Positions 1 to 8,961 of a stretch of 19,229 nucleotides of DNA are shown here, piece after piece. The stretch comes from Kofleriaceae bacterium. GTDB taxonomy: Bacteria; Myxococcota_A; Polyangia; Haliangiales; Haliangiaceae. The notes beneath the pieces were generated by a model. The model did no database searches. It worked only from the letters and a program-made list of their open reading frames with translations, and was not told the origin of the DNA. Made by a program: the position numbers and the translations under genes. Positions within the stretch are counted from its first letter, which is position 1, and every line of letters starts with the position of its first letter. The stretch covers positions 1-19,229 of the forward strand of contig JBKJLC010000014.1 in the NCBI GenBank assembly GCA_046597055.1, given 5' to 3'.

Positions 1-1
1 C

Positions 2-310
2 AGCGTCCTGCTCAACATCGAGGAGGGGCGCAAGCGGGTGGCGGGCGATCAGCGTCGCTCGTTCGAGATGGCCTGCGGTAGCGCCAGCGAGGTGCGCGCC
101 GCGGTCGAGCTCGCCGCGCTGTGGGGCTGGGTCGCCAGCGATGCGCAGCTCGACGTCGACATGGACCGGCTGGTTGCCCTGCTCTGGGGCGCCAGCCGGC
201 CCAAGACACCCAAGGGAGCTGCGCCCGAGCCCACACAAGCGCCGGCGCCCACGCACGCGCCGGAACCCACACACGCGCCGGAACCCGCGCCCGCCCCATC
301 GCCGAGGTGA
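2..310 (+). CDS. Four-helix-bundle protein (23S rRNA IVS protein / Avd-like family), 5'-truncated by the window edge, with a Pro-rich repeat-derived C-terminal tail
   Basis: Frame 2 is open from the window edge: SVLLNIEEGRKRVAGDQRRSFEMACGSASEVRAAVELAALWGW...MDRLVALLWG. This matches the family motifs S-x-x-x-N-I-x-E-G and A-x-G-S-x-x-E. Stop TGA at 308-310. The GTG start at 38 in the ORF track is internal. Confidence 0.8.
   Translation, partial: SVLLNIEEGRKRVAGDQRRSFEMACGSASEVRAAVELAALWGWVASDAQLDVDMDRLVALLWGASRPKTPKGAAPEPTQAPAPTHAPEPTHAPEPAPAPSPR
230..301 (+). repeat. Imperfect 18-bp tandem repeat, about 4 units
   Basis: Units: CCCACACAAGCGCCGGCG (230-247), CCCACGCACGCGCCGGAA (248-265), CCCACACACGCGCCGGAA (266-283), and degenerate CCCGCGCCCGCCCCATCG (284-301). 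They encode PTQAPA-PTHAPE-PTHAPE-PAPAPS. Confidence 0.85.
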
Positions 311-423
311 CGCGCGGCGAGCCCGCGGGCCGCGTGCAGCCACGCCTCACCGGCTGGCGCCGAGACGCCGAGGCGCTCGCGGGCGCCGTCGTGCCTCATC
401 GCGACCCGCGGTCGGCTTATTGC

Positions 424-445
424 GGGCCGGCGCACGCGCCGGCCC
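424..445. terminator. GC-rich hairpin between convergent genes, possible terminator or processing stem
   Basis: GGGCCGGCG-CACG-CGCCGGCCC is a perfect 9-bp stem with a 4-nt loop. There is no clean U-tract on either strand. Confidence 0.4.
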
Positions 446-636
446 TCTCCCGCTCCTCCTCGTTCTCCCCCTCCCGCTCCCTCTCCTTATCCCGCTCTCG
501 CTCCCGCTCCCTCTCCTTATCCCGCTCCCGCTCCCGCTCCCGCTCCCTCTCCATCTCCCTCTCCCTCTCCATCTCCCTCTCCGTCTCTCTCTCCCGCTCC
601 CGCTCCCGCTCCCGCTCCCGCTCCCGCTCCCGCTCC
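444..636. repeat. Hexamer-periodic pyrimidine-rich tract, (CTCCCG)n with variants
   Basis: About 32 hexamers of CTCCCG/CTCCCT/CTCCTT/ATCCCG/CTCCAT/CTCCGT/CTCTCG/CTCTCT. Higher-order duplications: a 27-bp match at a 30-bp period (471-497 vs 501-527) and an 18-bp unit (543-560 vs 561-578). Confidence 0.95.
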
Positions 637-656
637 GGATCCCGCCGCCCCCGCAG

Positions 657-1742
657 CTACTGCGCCGGCCTCCTCGGCACCGCCGTCGCGTCATCCGGCC
701 TCCCGATGATCCTCCACGGATTCCGCTTCAACAGCTTCCCGACGTCCTTCGCATCCTCCGGGAACTCCGGATCATTCGATAGCTTCAGCAAGCTCCCCTC
801 GCCCCGCTCGATCATCGCCATCAGCTCCTGGCCGTTCGCCGCCAGCTTCTCTGCGCGCGCCAGCAGGGTCTGGCCGGCCACCAGCGCCGCTCGCAGCCGC
901 TCGAGCTCGGGCGTCCGCCGCTCGACGCTCGCGCGCACCCGGTCGACCTCGGCCAGCAGCCGATCGGCCGCGGCCCGGATGCTCGCGACCGCCGCCCGCG
1001 CGCGCTCGATCGTGGCGCGAGCGCGGCCGGCGAGCGCCTCCAGCTGCTCGGGATTCGCCCCCGCGGCGTCGAGCGTCGCCCGCAGGTCGTCGGCCTCGGC
1101 CAGCAGCGCGCGCACCCGCAGCGCCAGCTCGCCGTACGCGCCGGGCGTGGGCGCGACCGCGTCGATCGTCGCGGCCAGCGCCGTCAACTGCGCCCCCAGC
1201 GCCGCCGCCTCGGGCTCGATCGCGTCCATGAACTCGCGCGAGACCACCAGATTGTCCCAGGTCTGCTGGAGCGCGCTGTCGATCGACGGCGGATCGATGC
1301 CGCGGACCTGTGCACCCGCCGCCAGCGGCGGCCCCGGGGCGGCCCCGTCGCGCGGGGGCCCGACCTCGAGGTAGCGGTCGGCCAGGATGCCCCTCGACGA
1401 GATGAAGTAGTCGCCGTTGGACGGCACCATCCGGACCAGGTCCTCGTCGATCCGGACCTGCACCATCGCGCCACCGGTGCCGGCGAGGACGTGGTCGGCT
1501 GGCAGGCCGTTCGAGTCGATTAGCACGATGCTCTCGACGTGTCCGACCGTGCGGCCGGCGACGATGATCGGAGCGCCCTCGCGCAGCGCGCCGACATGGA
1601 AGAAGCCGATGCCGGCGCGGATGCCGCCGCCGAGATCGAGCCGCGGCAGGATCGCGGCCACGAACACCAGGCCGAACACGAGCACCGCGAACATCGCCGC
1701 GCCGACCCGAGTCTGGGTGCGCGCGTCGCCGCCGGGGTTCAC
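657..1742 (-). CDS. MlaD/MCE family protein (lipid transport substrate-binding subunit)
   Basis: N-terminal TM segment, MCE motifs VGALREGAPIIVAGRTVGHVESI and ISSRGILADRYLEVGP, a helical C-terminal region, and GEGSLLKL...LLKRNPWR. The GTG start lies 1 nt after the upstream TGA. Confidence 0.88.
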   Translation of the reverse strand: MNPGGDARTQTRVGAAMFAVLVFGLVFVAAILPRLDLGGGIRAGIGFFHVGALREGAPIIVAGRTVGHVESIVLIDSNGLPADHVLAGTGGAMVQVRIDEDLVRMVPSNGDYFISSRGILADRYLEVGPPRDGAAPGPPLAAGAQVRGIDPPSIDSALQQTWDNLVVSREFMDAIEPEAAALGAQLTALAATIDAVAPTPGAYGELALRVRALLAEADDLRATLDAAGANPEQLEALAGRARATIERARAAVASIRAAADRLLAEVDRVRASVERRTPELERLRAALVAGQTLLARAEKLAANGQELMAMIERGEGSLLKLSNDPEFPEDAKDVGKLLKRNPWRIIGRPDDATAVPRRPAQ

Positions 1743-1743
1743 G

Positions 1744-2760
<1,017 letters not shown>

Positions 2761-2823
2761 CGAGCGGCAGGCTAACGCAGTGCGCCGGCGAGCGCCACGG
2801 TCGTGGTGCTCCCTCGCGTCGGT

Positions 2824-3171
2824 TCAGGCGCCCGGGACGGCGTCGACCGCTGCGTCGGCAGCGTCGATCGCAGCCGCGGCATCGATCGCAGCCGCGGCGT
2901 CGACGGCGCGAGCGTCGACGGCGGCCGCGTCCACGGTGGCCGCGTCGGCGGCGGCCCCGTCCGGCTCGGCGGCGTCGATCGCCAGGGCGGCGTCGACGCT
3001 CAGGTTGCCGGTGCACACCGCCGGATCACGGCCCAGGTCGCACAGCAGCCCCTCGCCACACTCCGATGAGGCCACGCACGCCTCGCCGGCCGCCTTGAGC
3101 GTGGCGCTACCGCAGCCGGTCGCGAGCCACAGGCCGACCACGATCACACCCCAGCGCCGGGAGGGAACCAT
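2824..3171 (-). CDS. Small putative lipoprotein with a Cys-rich module and a DAA-repeat tail
   Basis: Signal peptide ending in lipobox-like LATGC, then GEACVASSECGEGLLC...C, then repeated (V/I)DAA units. Confidence 0.75.
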   Translation of the reverse strand: MVPSRRWGVIVVGLWLATGCGSATLKAAGEACVASSECGEGLLCDLGRDPAVCTGNLSVDAALAIDAAEPDGAAADAATVDAAAVDARAVDAAAAIDAAAAIDAADAAVDAVPGA

Positions 3172-3323
3172 CCCTCGAGGGTAACCCAGGCGGGGCGGCC
3201 GCCTGGAAACAACTCACAGCTTGCAGCCGACGTGAGCCCGCCCACGCCGGGCGACGGGCGGCGACCAGCTCCGCGCCGCGGCCGCCCGAGCCGAGCGGGC
3301 ACCGGCCCCGGCCCCGGCCCGGC

Positions 3324-4724
3324 TCACGGCGCCGGGCGGATGAAGTCGGCGCCGGCGGTCTCGAAGTTGAGCTCGACCGAGACGCCGTCGACGAAGCGCG
3401 GCTTGCCGCTGGCATCGAGCGCCTCGCTGCAGTGCTTGACCACGCCGTTCACGATCTCGTCGCGGACCTCGGTGCCGTCGCCGTCGACGCACAGATCGAC
3501 CTCCTGGGTCGCCGGGTTGCCGTCGGTGTCGCAGAAGACCTCGCGGCCGTCGCGATCGACGTCGATGTCGGGCATCCGGCAGCCCTCGTACTTGTCCCCG
3601 GTCGGGCGCACCGGCAGCACCAGCAGCGGGCCGAGCGCGTTGGCGAAGATCGCGTCCAGCAACGACTGCGCGGGCAGGAGCCCGATCACATCGACGGTGA
3701 GGCCGCGGATGGTGTCGGCGGTGCGGCCATCGATCACGCCGCCGAGCCGCCCGTTCCGGACGACCACCCGGTCGCCCTCCATCACGATGTCGCCCTCGAT
3801 CGTGGTGCCGGTGATCTTGAGAGTCAAGATGATGTCGCTGGTGATCGGGACCGCGACCTGGAACGGCGCTGGCCCCGCCGACAGTCGCTGCACGCCGTCG
3901 ACCGTCGAGACCGACCCCGAGTCGAACTCGATGGAGGGCGTGCCGTCGGGGTCGAACGAGGCCGGGTCGATCCGGACCTGGTCGGGTGTGCCGTCGTACG
4001 GGTTGCACTGGACCGAGGCGCCGCTGGCGTCCTCCTTGCGGTCGGCCACCCCGTCGCAGTCGTTGTCGCGGCCGTCGCCGCAGATCTCGGCGAAGCTGCC
4101 GCCGCGGACCATGGCGTTGGTGTCGTCGCAGTCCCCGCCCATCAGGGTGACGGTGTCGCCGTCCATGTCGCCGGTGTTGTCAGCCGACGGCGTCTGGTCG
4201 GGGCCGTCGTTCTGCTCGTCGGCAAGGCCGTCGCAATCGTCGTCCTTGCGGTTGCCGGCGACCTCGGCACGACCGCGCGCGGCCAGCGGATCGTGGTCGT
4301 CACAGTCGCCCGCGGCGACCGCGGTCTTGCCGCCGTCATCGTCGCCGTCGGTCGTGTAGAGCCCGAGGTACAGCGCGAACTTCACGCAGGCGTCGGCGCC
4401 CGCGGTCGGGAAGTCGAACATCTCGATCGGGATCATCAGGCTGAAGTCGTTGAGCGCCTCGGTGATCGCCGAGCCGGCGAACGAACCGACCGCGGCCAGC
4501 TTGTTGTCGGGCTCGCCGTCCCCGTCGAGATCGAAGCCGTCGTCGATGCTGCCGATCTCGAGCGCCGAGATCAGCTGCGTGTGCTGGCCCGCGAACGGCT
4601 CGATCGCCGCGCCGGCGCACTCGGGCCGCGGTTCGAACAGCGGACCCGGCGCGTCTTCGCCGCATCCGACCACGAGCGCCGCGGCGGCACCCGCACCAAC
4701 CAACAAGGCAAGGCTTCGCTGCAT
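3324..4724 (-). CDS. Putative lipoprotein with two MopE-related (DCDD...DxDCDG) putative metal-binding repeats
   Basis: ATG at 4724 is preceded by GGGAGG, so it is preferred to 4748. Signal MQRSLALLVGAGAAAALVVGC. Repeats GDCDDHDP...AEVAGNRKDDDCDGLADE and GDCDDTNA...AEICGDGRDNDCDGVAD. Additional DxDxDG loops GFDLDGDGEPDN and DIDVDRDG. Confidence 0.85.
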   Translation of the reverse strand: MQRSLALLVGAGAAAALVVGCGEDAPGPLFEPRPECAGAAIEPFAGQHTQLISALEIGSIDDGFDLDGDGEPDNKLAAVGSFAGSAITEALNDFSLMIPIEMFDFPTAGADACVKFALYLGLYTTDGDDDGGKTAVAAGDCDDHDPLAARGRAEVAGNRKDDDCDGLADEQNDGPDQTPSADNTGDMDGDTVTLMGGDCDDTNAMVRGGSFAEICGDGRDNDCDGVADRKEDASGASVQCNPYDGTPDQVRIDPASFDPDGTPSIEFDSGSVSTVDGVQRLSAGPAPFQVAVPITSDIILTLKITGTTIEGDIVMEGDRVVVRNGRLGGVIDGRTADTIRGLTVDVIGLLPAQSLLDAIFANALGPLLVLPVRPTGDKYEGCRMPDIDVDRDGREVFCDTDGNPATQEVDLCVDGDGTEVRDEIVNGVVKHCSEALDASGKPRFVDGVSVELNFETAGADFIRPAP

Positions 4725-4842
4725 GAGATCCTCCCGGGCGCGCAGCATAGGCAGGGCCGCGCGCGTGGGTCAACCGGCGCGTCGGTCCGGACCGCACATG
4801 CTCGCGGTGGGATCGGTTGCGCACGCGGGGCCGCGGGTGACA

Positions 4843-5628
4843 ATGCGCGCGGTGCCGCGCTCCTCGCTCTGCCGGATGCTCGCGGTGGTCGCCGGCTGCC
4901 TCGCCGGTGGCCGCGCGCTCGCGCACGCGCATGTCGCGCCGTCCGAGGACGTCGACAACCGATACCTGAAGCTCACCCCGATGAGCGACCGGGTCCGGAT
5001 CGCGTACACGATCTACATCGGCCACAAGCCGGGCGCCGCGCTCCGCCGCCACCTCGACCGAGACCGGGACGGCTTGGTCGGCGCCGACGAGGCGCGCGGG
5101 TACGGCGACGCGGTCGCGGCGCGGATCCGACCGGCGGTGATGGCCACGGTCGACGGCCGGCCGGCGCCGATCGCGTGGACCGTGGTCGACGTGGGCCTCG
5201 GTCAGCCCGAGGTCACCGCGGGCGCGTTCTCGATCGATCTGATCGGCTGGATCTGCACCGGCGGGGGCGAGCACCGGCTGCTGCTGCGCGACACACTCGC
5301 CCTCGACCGGCCCGGCGAGAACGAGCTCCGGCTCGAGGAGCTGCCCGGCGTGCGGATCGGCGAGCACCGGCTCGGCGGCGCGCCGATCGAGGGCTTCGAG
5401 GCCCGCTGGAATGGCGCCGGCGGACCGCTGGTCACGGGCGGCCTCGACCTGGCCTGGACCGCGGGCGCCGACGCCGTGCGGCCCGCGGACGGCCGCTGCC
5501 ATGCCACCGGCGGGCACCCGCCGCGCCGCTGGTCGTGGCTTGCGGGCGGTGCCGCGCTCGCGATCGCAGCCGCCCTGATCGCGCGCTGGCGCGCGCGGAC
5601 CGGTCGCGCCCGAACGACTAGAACTTGA
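4843..5628 (+). CDS. Secreted, C-terminally anchored hypothetical protein with an EF-hand-like loop
   Basis: Likely start is ATG 4843; the longer ORF from 4450 overlaps the divergent gene. Signal-like N-terminus ending ALAHAH, a 12-residue loop DRDRDGLVGADE, and a C-terminal TM WSWLAGGAALAIAAALIA followed by an Arg-rich tail. Confidence 0.7.
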   Translation: MRAVPRSSLCRMLAVVAGCLAGGRALAHAHVAPSEDVDNRYLKLTPMSDRVRIAYTIYIGHKPGAALRRHLDRDRDGLVGADEARGYGDAVAARIRPAVMATVDGRPAPIAWTVVDVGLGQPEVTAGAFSIDLIGWICTGGGEHRLLLRDTLALDRPGENELRLEELPGVRIGEHRLGGAPIEGFEARWNGAGGPLVTGGLDLAWTAGADAVRPADGRCHATGGHPPRRWSWLAGGAALAIAAALIARWRARTGRARTTRT

Positions 5629-7507
5629 ACGGGTAGCTGAAGGTGCCGCCGGTCTGCGTCTTGGCGAAGGTCGCCTTCTGCATCGCGGCCGCCACGCACG
5701 AGCCGAGCCCCGGGTCCGGGGTCTCCTTGACGGTGACCGACGAGACCGAGCCGCCCGGCGAGACCTTGACCGACACCTTGACGGTGCCCTTGGCCGACGA
5801 CTTGGCCGCGCAGCCATCGACCCGGCCGCGCACCTTGCCGACGCCGGCCGAGATGTCCGACTTGGTCAGGTCCTCGGGCAGGTTGGGGTTGGGCGCCGGC
5901 GGCTTGCTGCCACCACCGCCGCCACCGCCACCGCCGCCACCCTTGCCGTAGCGGCTGCAGCACGCGGGCGGCTTGTCGGCGAGCAAGCAGGCGACCTCGT
6001 CGAGACAGCTGCCGCCAGCGGGCTTGTCGGTGACCGGCTTCTCGACCGCCGGCTTGTTCGGCTTGTCGGGGGTCGGCTTGGTCCGATCGGGCTTGTCGTT
6101 CCGGTCGGAGGTCGGCCGGGTCGGCTTGTCGGTCGTCATCGGCTTGTCAGTGGTCACCGGCGGCTTGTCGGAGGCGACCGGTGGGTCGGTGACCGCCACC
6201 TGCGTGCCGGTGCCCCCGCCGCCGCCGGTACCGGTGCCAGTCCCCGTGCCGGTACCGTCGCCGGCGCCGCCCGCGGCGGTGTCATCACCAGGCGTGATGC
6301 CGCGCGGCTTGTCGGAGTCAGCGCTGGTGCCGGTGCCCGCAGCGGTCGTGGCGGCCGGGGTGCCCTTCTTGAGCATGACCACCACGAGCACGACCGCGAT
6401 GAGCGCGAGCGCGCCCACCGCCGCGACCAGGATGTACATCATCTTGTTCGAGCCGCGCGATCCCATCCCCATCCCGCCCATCGACGGGATGATCACGGCC
6501 GGCTCGCTGAACGCAGCGGTCGAGAACACCGGCAGGTCATCCATCGAGCCGACGTTGCCGCCCGGCTTGGCCGCGCCGGCCTTCTGGCCGGGATGCAGGT
6601 AGGCCGACGCCATCGAGCGGATGTCGATGAGGCCCGAGCCTTCGCCGCCGCCCATCTGGGCCGCGCCCATGCTGCTCGACGACGACGCCGCCGACGAGGA
6701 CGGCGAGGCCGACGCCTTGGGGCTGTCCGACGCGAGCGCCGCGAGGTTGTTGAGCGAGAACAGCACGGAGTTCTCGCCGCGCTGGCCTTTCATGCTGGCG
6801 ATGCCGCCACCCGCGGGCGCGGCCTTGCCGCTGCTGCTGCCGGCGCCGCCGAACAGGCCGTCGGAGGCGCCTTGCGACTTCGACGCCGACTTGGCGCCGA
6901 ACAGATCGCCAGCGCCATCGTCGTCGTCGGCCGCCTCGGATGCCTTGGCCGCGTGGGCGGCGAACACGTCGTTCGGATCGCTGCGCGCGGTGCCGCCGTC
7001 GTCGCCGTCCTGGTAGTTGGCGGCGCCGAACATGCTCGCGACCGCGTCCTGACCGGACGACGGCTGGGCGGTGGTGGTGGTGCCGCCCGCGACCAGCGAC
7101 GCGAAGTCCGGCACCTGGGTCAGGGGCAACCAGTCGCTGAACCCCTCGCGCCAGATGTAGGTCTCGCCGTCGATCTCACCAGCGGCGTACCGGGTCTGGA
7201 CCTCGGCGACGGTGATCGGGCCGACCTGCTCCTGATCGACGACGACGTGCCACACGGCCTCGTCGCCTGGCGGCGCCCCGGCGGGATCTCCATCGTAGCC
7301 CCCGTAGTCGTAGACCCGGGTTTCTTTCTGATCGAAGGCCCCGGCCGGCGCGGCCGCCGCGGGCTCCTCGGCCCCAGCAGCGCCGGCGTTGCCGCGCACG
7401 ACGATGATGTTGCTGCACTTCTTGCAGCGGATCTTGAAGACCTTCCCTTTTACCTTCTCGTCGGCAATCGAGTATTTCGCGGAGCAGGCGTCGCAGACGA
7501 TCTTCAT
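5618..7507 (-). CDS. GltJ/AgmX-like protein: zinc ribbon + GYF_2 domain + linker + TM + TonB-C-like (AgmX/PglI) C-terminal domain
   Basis: N-terminal CDAC...CKKC zinc ribbon (MJ0042-type). GYF_2 signature WHVVVDQEQVGP...ETYIWREGFSDWLPL. TM YILVAAVGALALIAVVLVVVML. C-terminal GTVKVSVKVSPGGSVSSV...GSCV...FSYPFKF. Confidence 0.85.
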   Translation of the reverse strand: MKIVCDACSAKYSIADEKVKGKVFKIRCKKCSNIIVVRGNAGAAGAEEPAAAAPAGAFDQKETRVYDYGGYDGDPAGAPPGDEAVWHVVVDQEQVGPITVAEVQTRYAAGEIDGETYIWREGFSDWLPLTQVPDFASLVAGGTTTTAQPSSGQDAVASMFGAANYQDGDDGGTARSDPNDVFAAHAAKASEAADDDDGAGDLFGAKSASKSQGASDGLFGGAGSSSGKAAPAGGGIASMKGQRGENSVLFSLNNLAALASDSPKASASPSSSAASSSSSMGAAQMGGGEGSGLIDIRSMASAYLHPGQKAGAAKPGGNVGSMDDLPVFSTAAFSEPAVIIPSMGGMGMGSRGSNKMMYILVAAVGALALIAVVLVVVMLKKGTPAATTAAGTGTSADSDKPRGITPGDDTAAGGAGDGTGTGTGTGTGGGGGTGTQVAVTDPPVASDKPPVTTDKPMTTDKPTRPTSDRNDKPDRTKPTPDKPNKPAVEKPVTDKPAGGSCLDEVACLLADKPPACCSRYGKGGGGGGGGGGGSKPPAPNPNLPEDLTKSDISAGVGKVRGRVDGCAAKSSAKGTVKVSVKVSPGGSVSSVTVKETPDPGLGSCVAAAMQKATFAKTQTGGTFSYPFKF

Positions 7508-7649
7508 GGGCGGTTCCCTGGTTCCTCGCTGAGGGTGAGAGCGCGAGGGATATGCCTTGGACCCCCCGGCCCCCGAGCGAGCTTGGCGAAAAATGCTATC
7601 ACCCGGCGTCTCGCAAACGCCAGTTCCGGCAGCCTCTTAGGGCCGCTCC

Positions 7650-8948
7650 TCAGGCGGACGGGTCTACGAAAGGATCGCGGAGCGTGATCGTCTCGACCCG
7701 ATCAGGCCCCACCGACACCAGGTAGAAGGGCACGCCGGCGAGCTTGGAGATGGCGTCGACGTAGCGGCGCGTGGTCACCGGCAGGTCGTCCCACTCGCGC
7801 ACCTCGCGCAGCGGTCCCCACCCCTCGAACCGGGCGTAGATCGGCTCCGCGCGGGCGATGTCGTCGAGGTCGGTCGGCAGCTCGTCGACCTCCTTGCCGT
7901 CGAGCTTGTAGGCGACGCAGGCGGAGACCTCGGGCAGCCCGGCCAGCACGTCGAGCTTGGTAAGCGCGAGGCCGTCCATGCCCGACAGCCGGACGCCCAA
8001 CCGCAGCGCCGGCAGATCGAGCCAGCCGCAGCGACGGGGCCGGCCGGTGGTCGCGCCGAACTCGCCACCCGCGATGCGCAGCGCGTCGCCGGCCTCGCCG
8101 TGCAGCTCGGTCGGGAACGGCCCGCCGCCGACGCGGGTCGCGTAGGCCTTGGTGATGCCGACGACCCGGTCGACCTTGCTCGGCCCGACCCCGGTCGACT
8201 GGCAGGCGCCCGCCGCGATCGTCGACGACGACGTGACGAACGGGTAGGTGCCGTGATCGATGTCGAGCAGGCTGCCCTGCGCGCCCTCGAACAGGACGTG
8301 GGCGCCCGACGCGACCCGGGCCGCGACGAAGCGACCGGCGTCGCCGATGTACTGGCGCAACTTCTCGCCGGCGGCGACCGCGTCGGCGATCCAGCGGTCG
8401 ACCTCGCCCTCGGTGGGCGCGTCGCCACCATAGTGACGCATCACCGGGACCAGCTCGTCGAGGTTGGCGAGCACGAGCTCGCGCAGTCGATCAGGCCGGG
8501 CGAGATCGCGGATCCGGACGCCGCGCCGGCCGACCTTGGCCTCGTAGGCCGGGCCGATCCCGCGCCGGGTGGTGCCGATCGCGCCCTTGCGGTCCTCGCG
8601 CAGGTTCTCGATCCGGCGGTGGTACGGCAGGATCACGTGGGCGTCCTGGCCGACCAGCAGCTCGCCCTGCTGGAGCAGACCGCGCGCCTGCAGCGCCTCG
8701 ATCTCCTCGAGCAGCGTCTGCGGGTCGATCACCATGCCGTCGCCGAGCACGCAGGGCTTGCCGGGGTGACAGACCCCCGACGGCACCAGGTGGGTGACGA
8801 TCTTCTGACCAGCGATCACCAGCGTGTGGCCGGCGTTGGCGCCACCGCCGTACCGCACCACGACTTCCGCCGCCTCGGAATAGAGGTCGACGACCTTGCC
8901 CTTGCCTTCATCGCCCCACTGGGCGCCGACGACGATCACGACGGACAT
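7650..8948 (-). CDS. purA: Adenylosuccinate synthetase
   Basis: Motifs GAQWGDEGKGK, GGANAGHT, IGTTRRGIGPAY, FEGAQG, DHGTYPFVTSS, EFGATTGRPRRCGWLD and LTKLDVL. ATG at 8948 has a GGAGG RBS; the ORF-track start at 9137 is too long. Confidence 0.98.
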   Translation of the reverse strand: MSVVIVVGAQWGDEGKGKVVDLYSEAAEVVVRYGGGANAGHTLVIAGQKIVTHLVPSGVCHPGKPCVLGDGMVIDPQTLLEEIEALQARGLLQQGELLVGQDAHVILPYHRRIENLREDRKGAIGTTRRGIGPAYEAKVGRRGVRIRDLARPDRLRELVLANLDELVPVMRHYGGDAPTEGEVDRWIADAVAAGEKLRQYIGDAGRFVAARVASGAHVLFEGAQGSLLDIDHGTYPFVTSSSTIAAGACQSTGVGPSKVDRVVGITKAYATRVGGGPFPTELHGEAGDALRIAGGEFGATTGRPRRCGWLDLPALRLGVRLSGMDGLALTKLDVLAGLPEVSACVAYKLDGKEVDELPTDLDDIARAEPIYARFEGWGPLREVREWDDLPVTTRRYVDAISKLAGVPFYLVSVGPDRVETITLRDPFVDPSA

Positions 8949-8961
8949 CCGTGCCTCCGGG

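Noticed and set aside
2..310. Diversity-generating retroelement or rRNA intervening sequence
   Set aside because: No reverse transcriptase, no TR/VR pair with adenine-specific mismatches, and no rRNA sequence in the window. The upstream context is not visible.
121..1374. 417-aa plus-strand ORF with an SR/SL-repeat segment resembling an SR protein
   Set aside because: It is mostly antisense to mlaD and runs through the hexamer tract. Stop-poor shadow frames are expected at this GC content.
3186..3206. Hairpin CCAGGCGG-N5-CCGCCTGG upstream of the small lipoprotein gene
   Set aside because: An 8-bp GC stem without a downstream U-tract is common by chance in DNA this GC-rich.
3432..5621. Long alternative-frame ORFs (e.g. 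3432-5621 +, 4336-5817 -, 8100-9458 +, 9959-11413 +, 16382-18088 -)
   Set aside because: They overlap well-supported genes, are Arg/Ala/Gly-rich shadow translations and show no recognisable motifs.
5910..6260. Poly-Gly, GT and DKP codon repeats
   Set aside because: These are ordinary low-complexity linkers inside the GltJ-like CDS, with synonymous codon variation.
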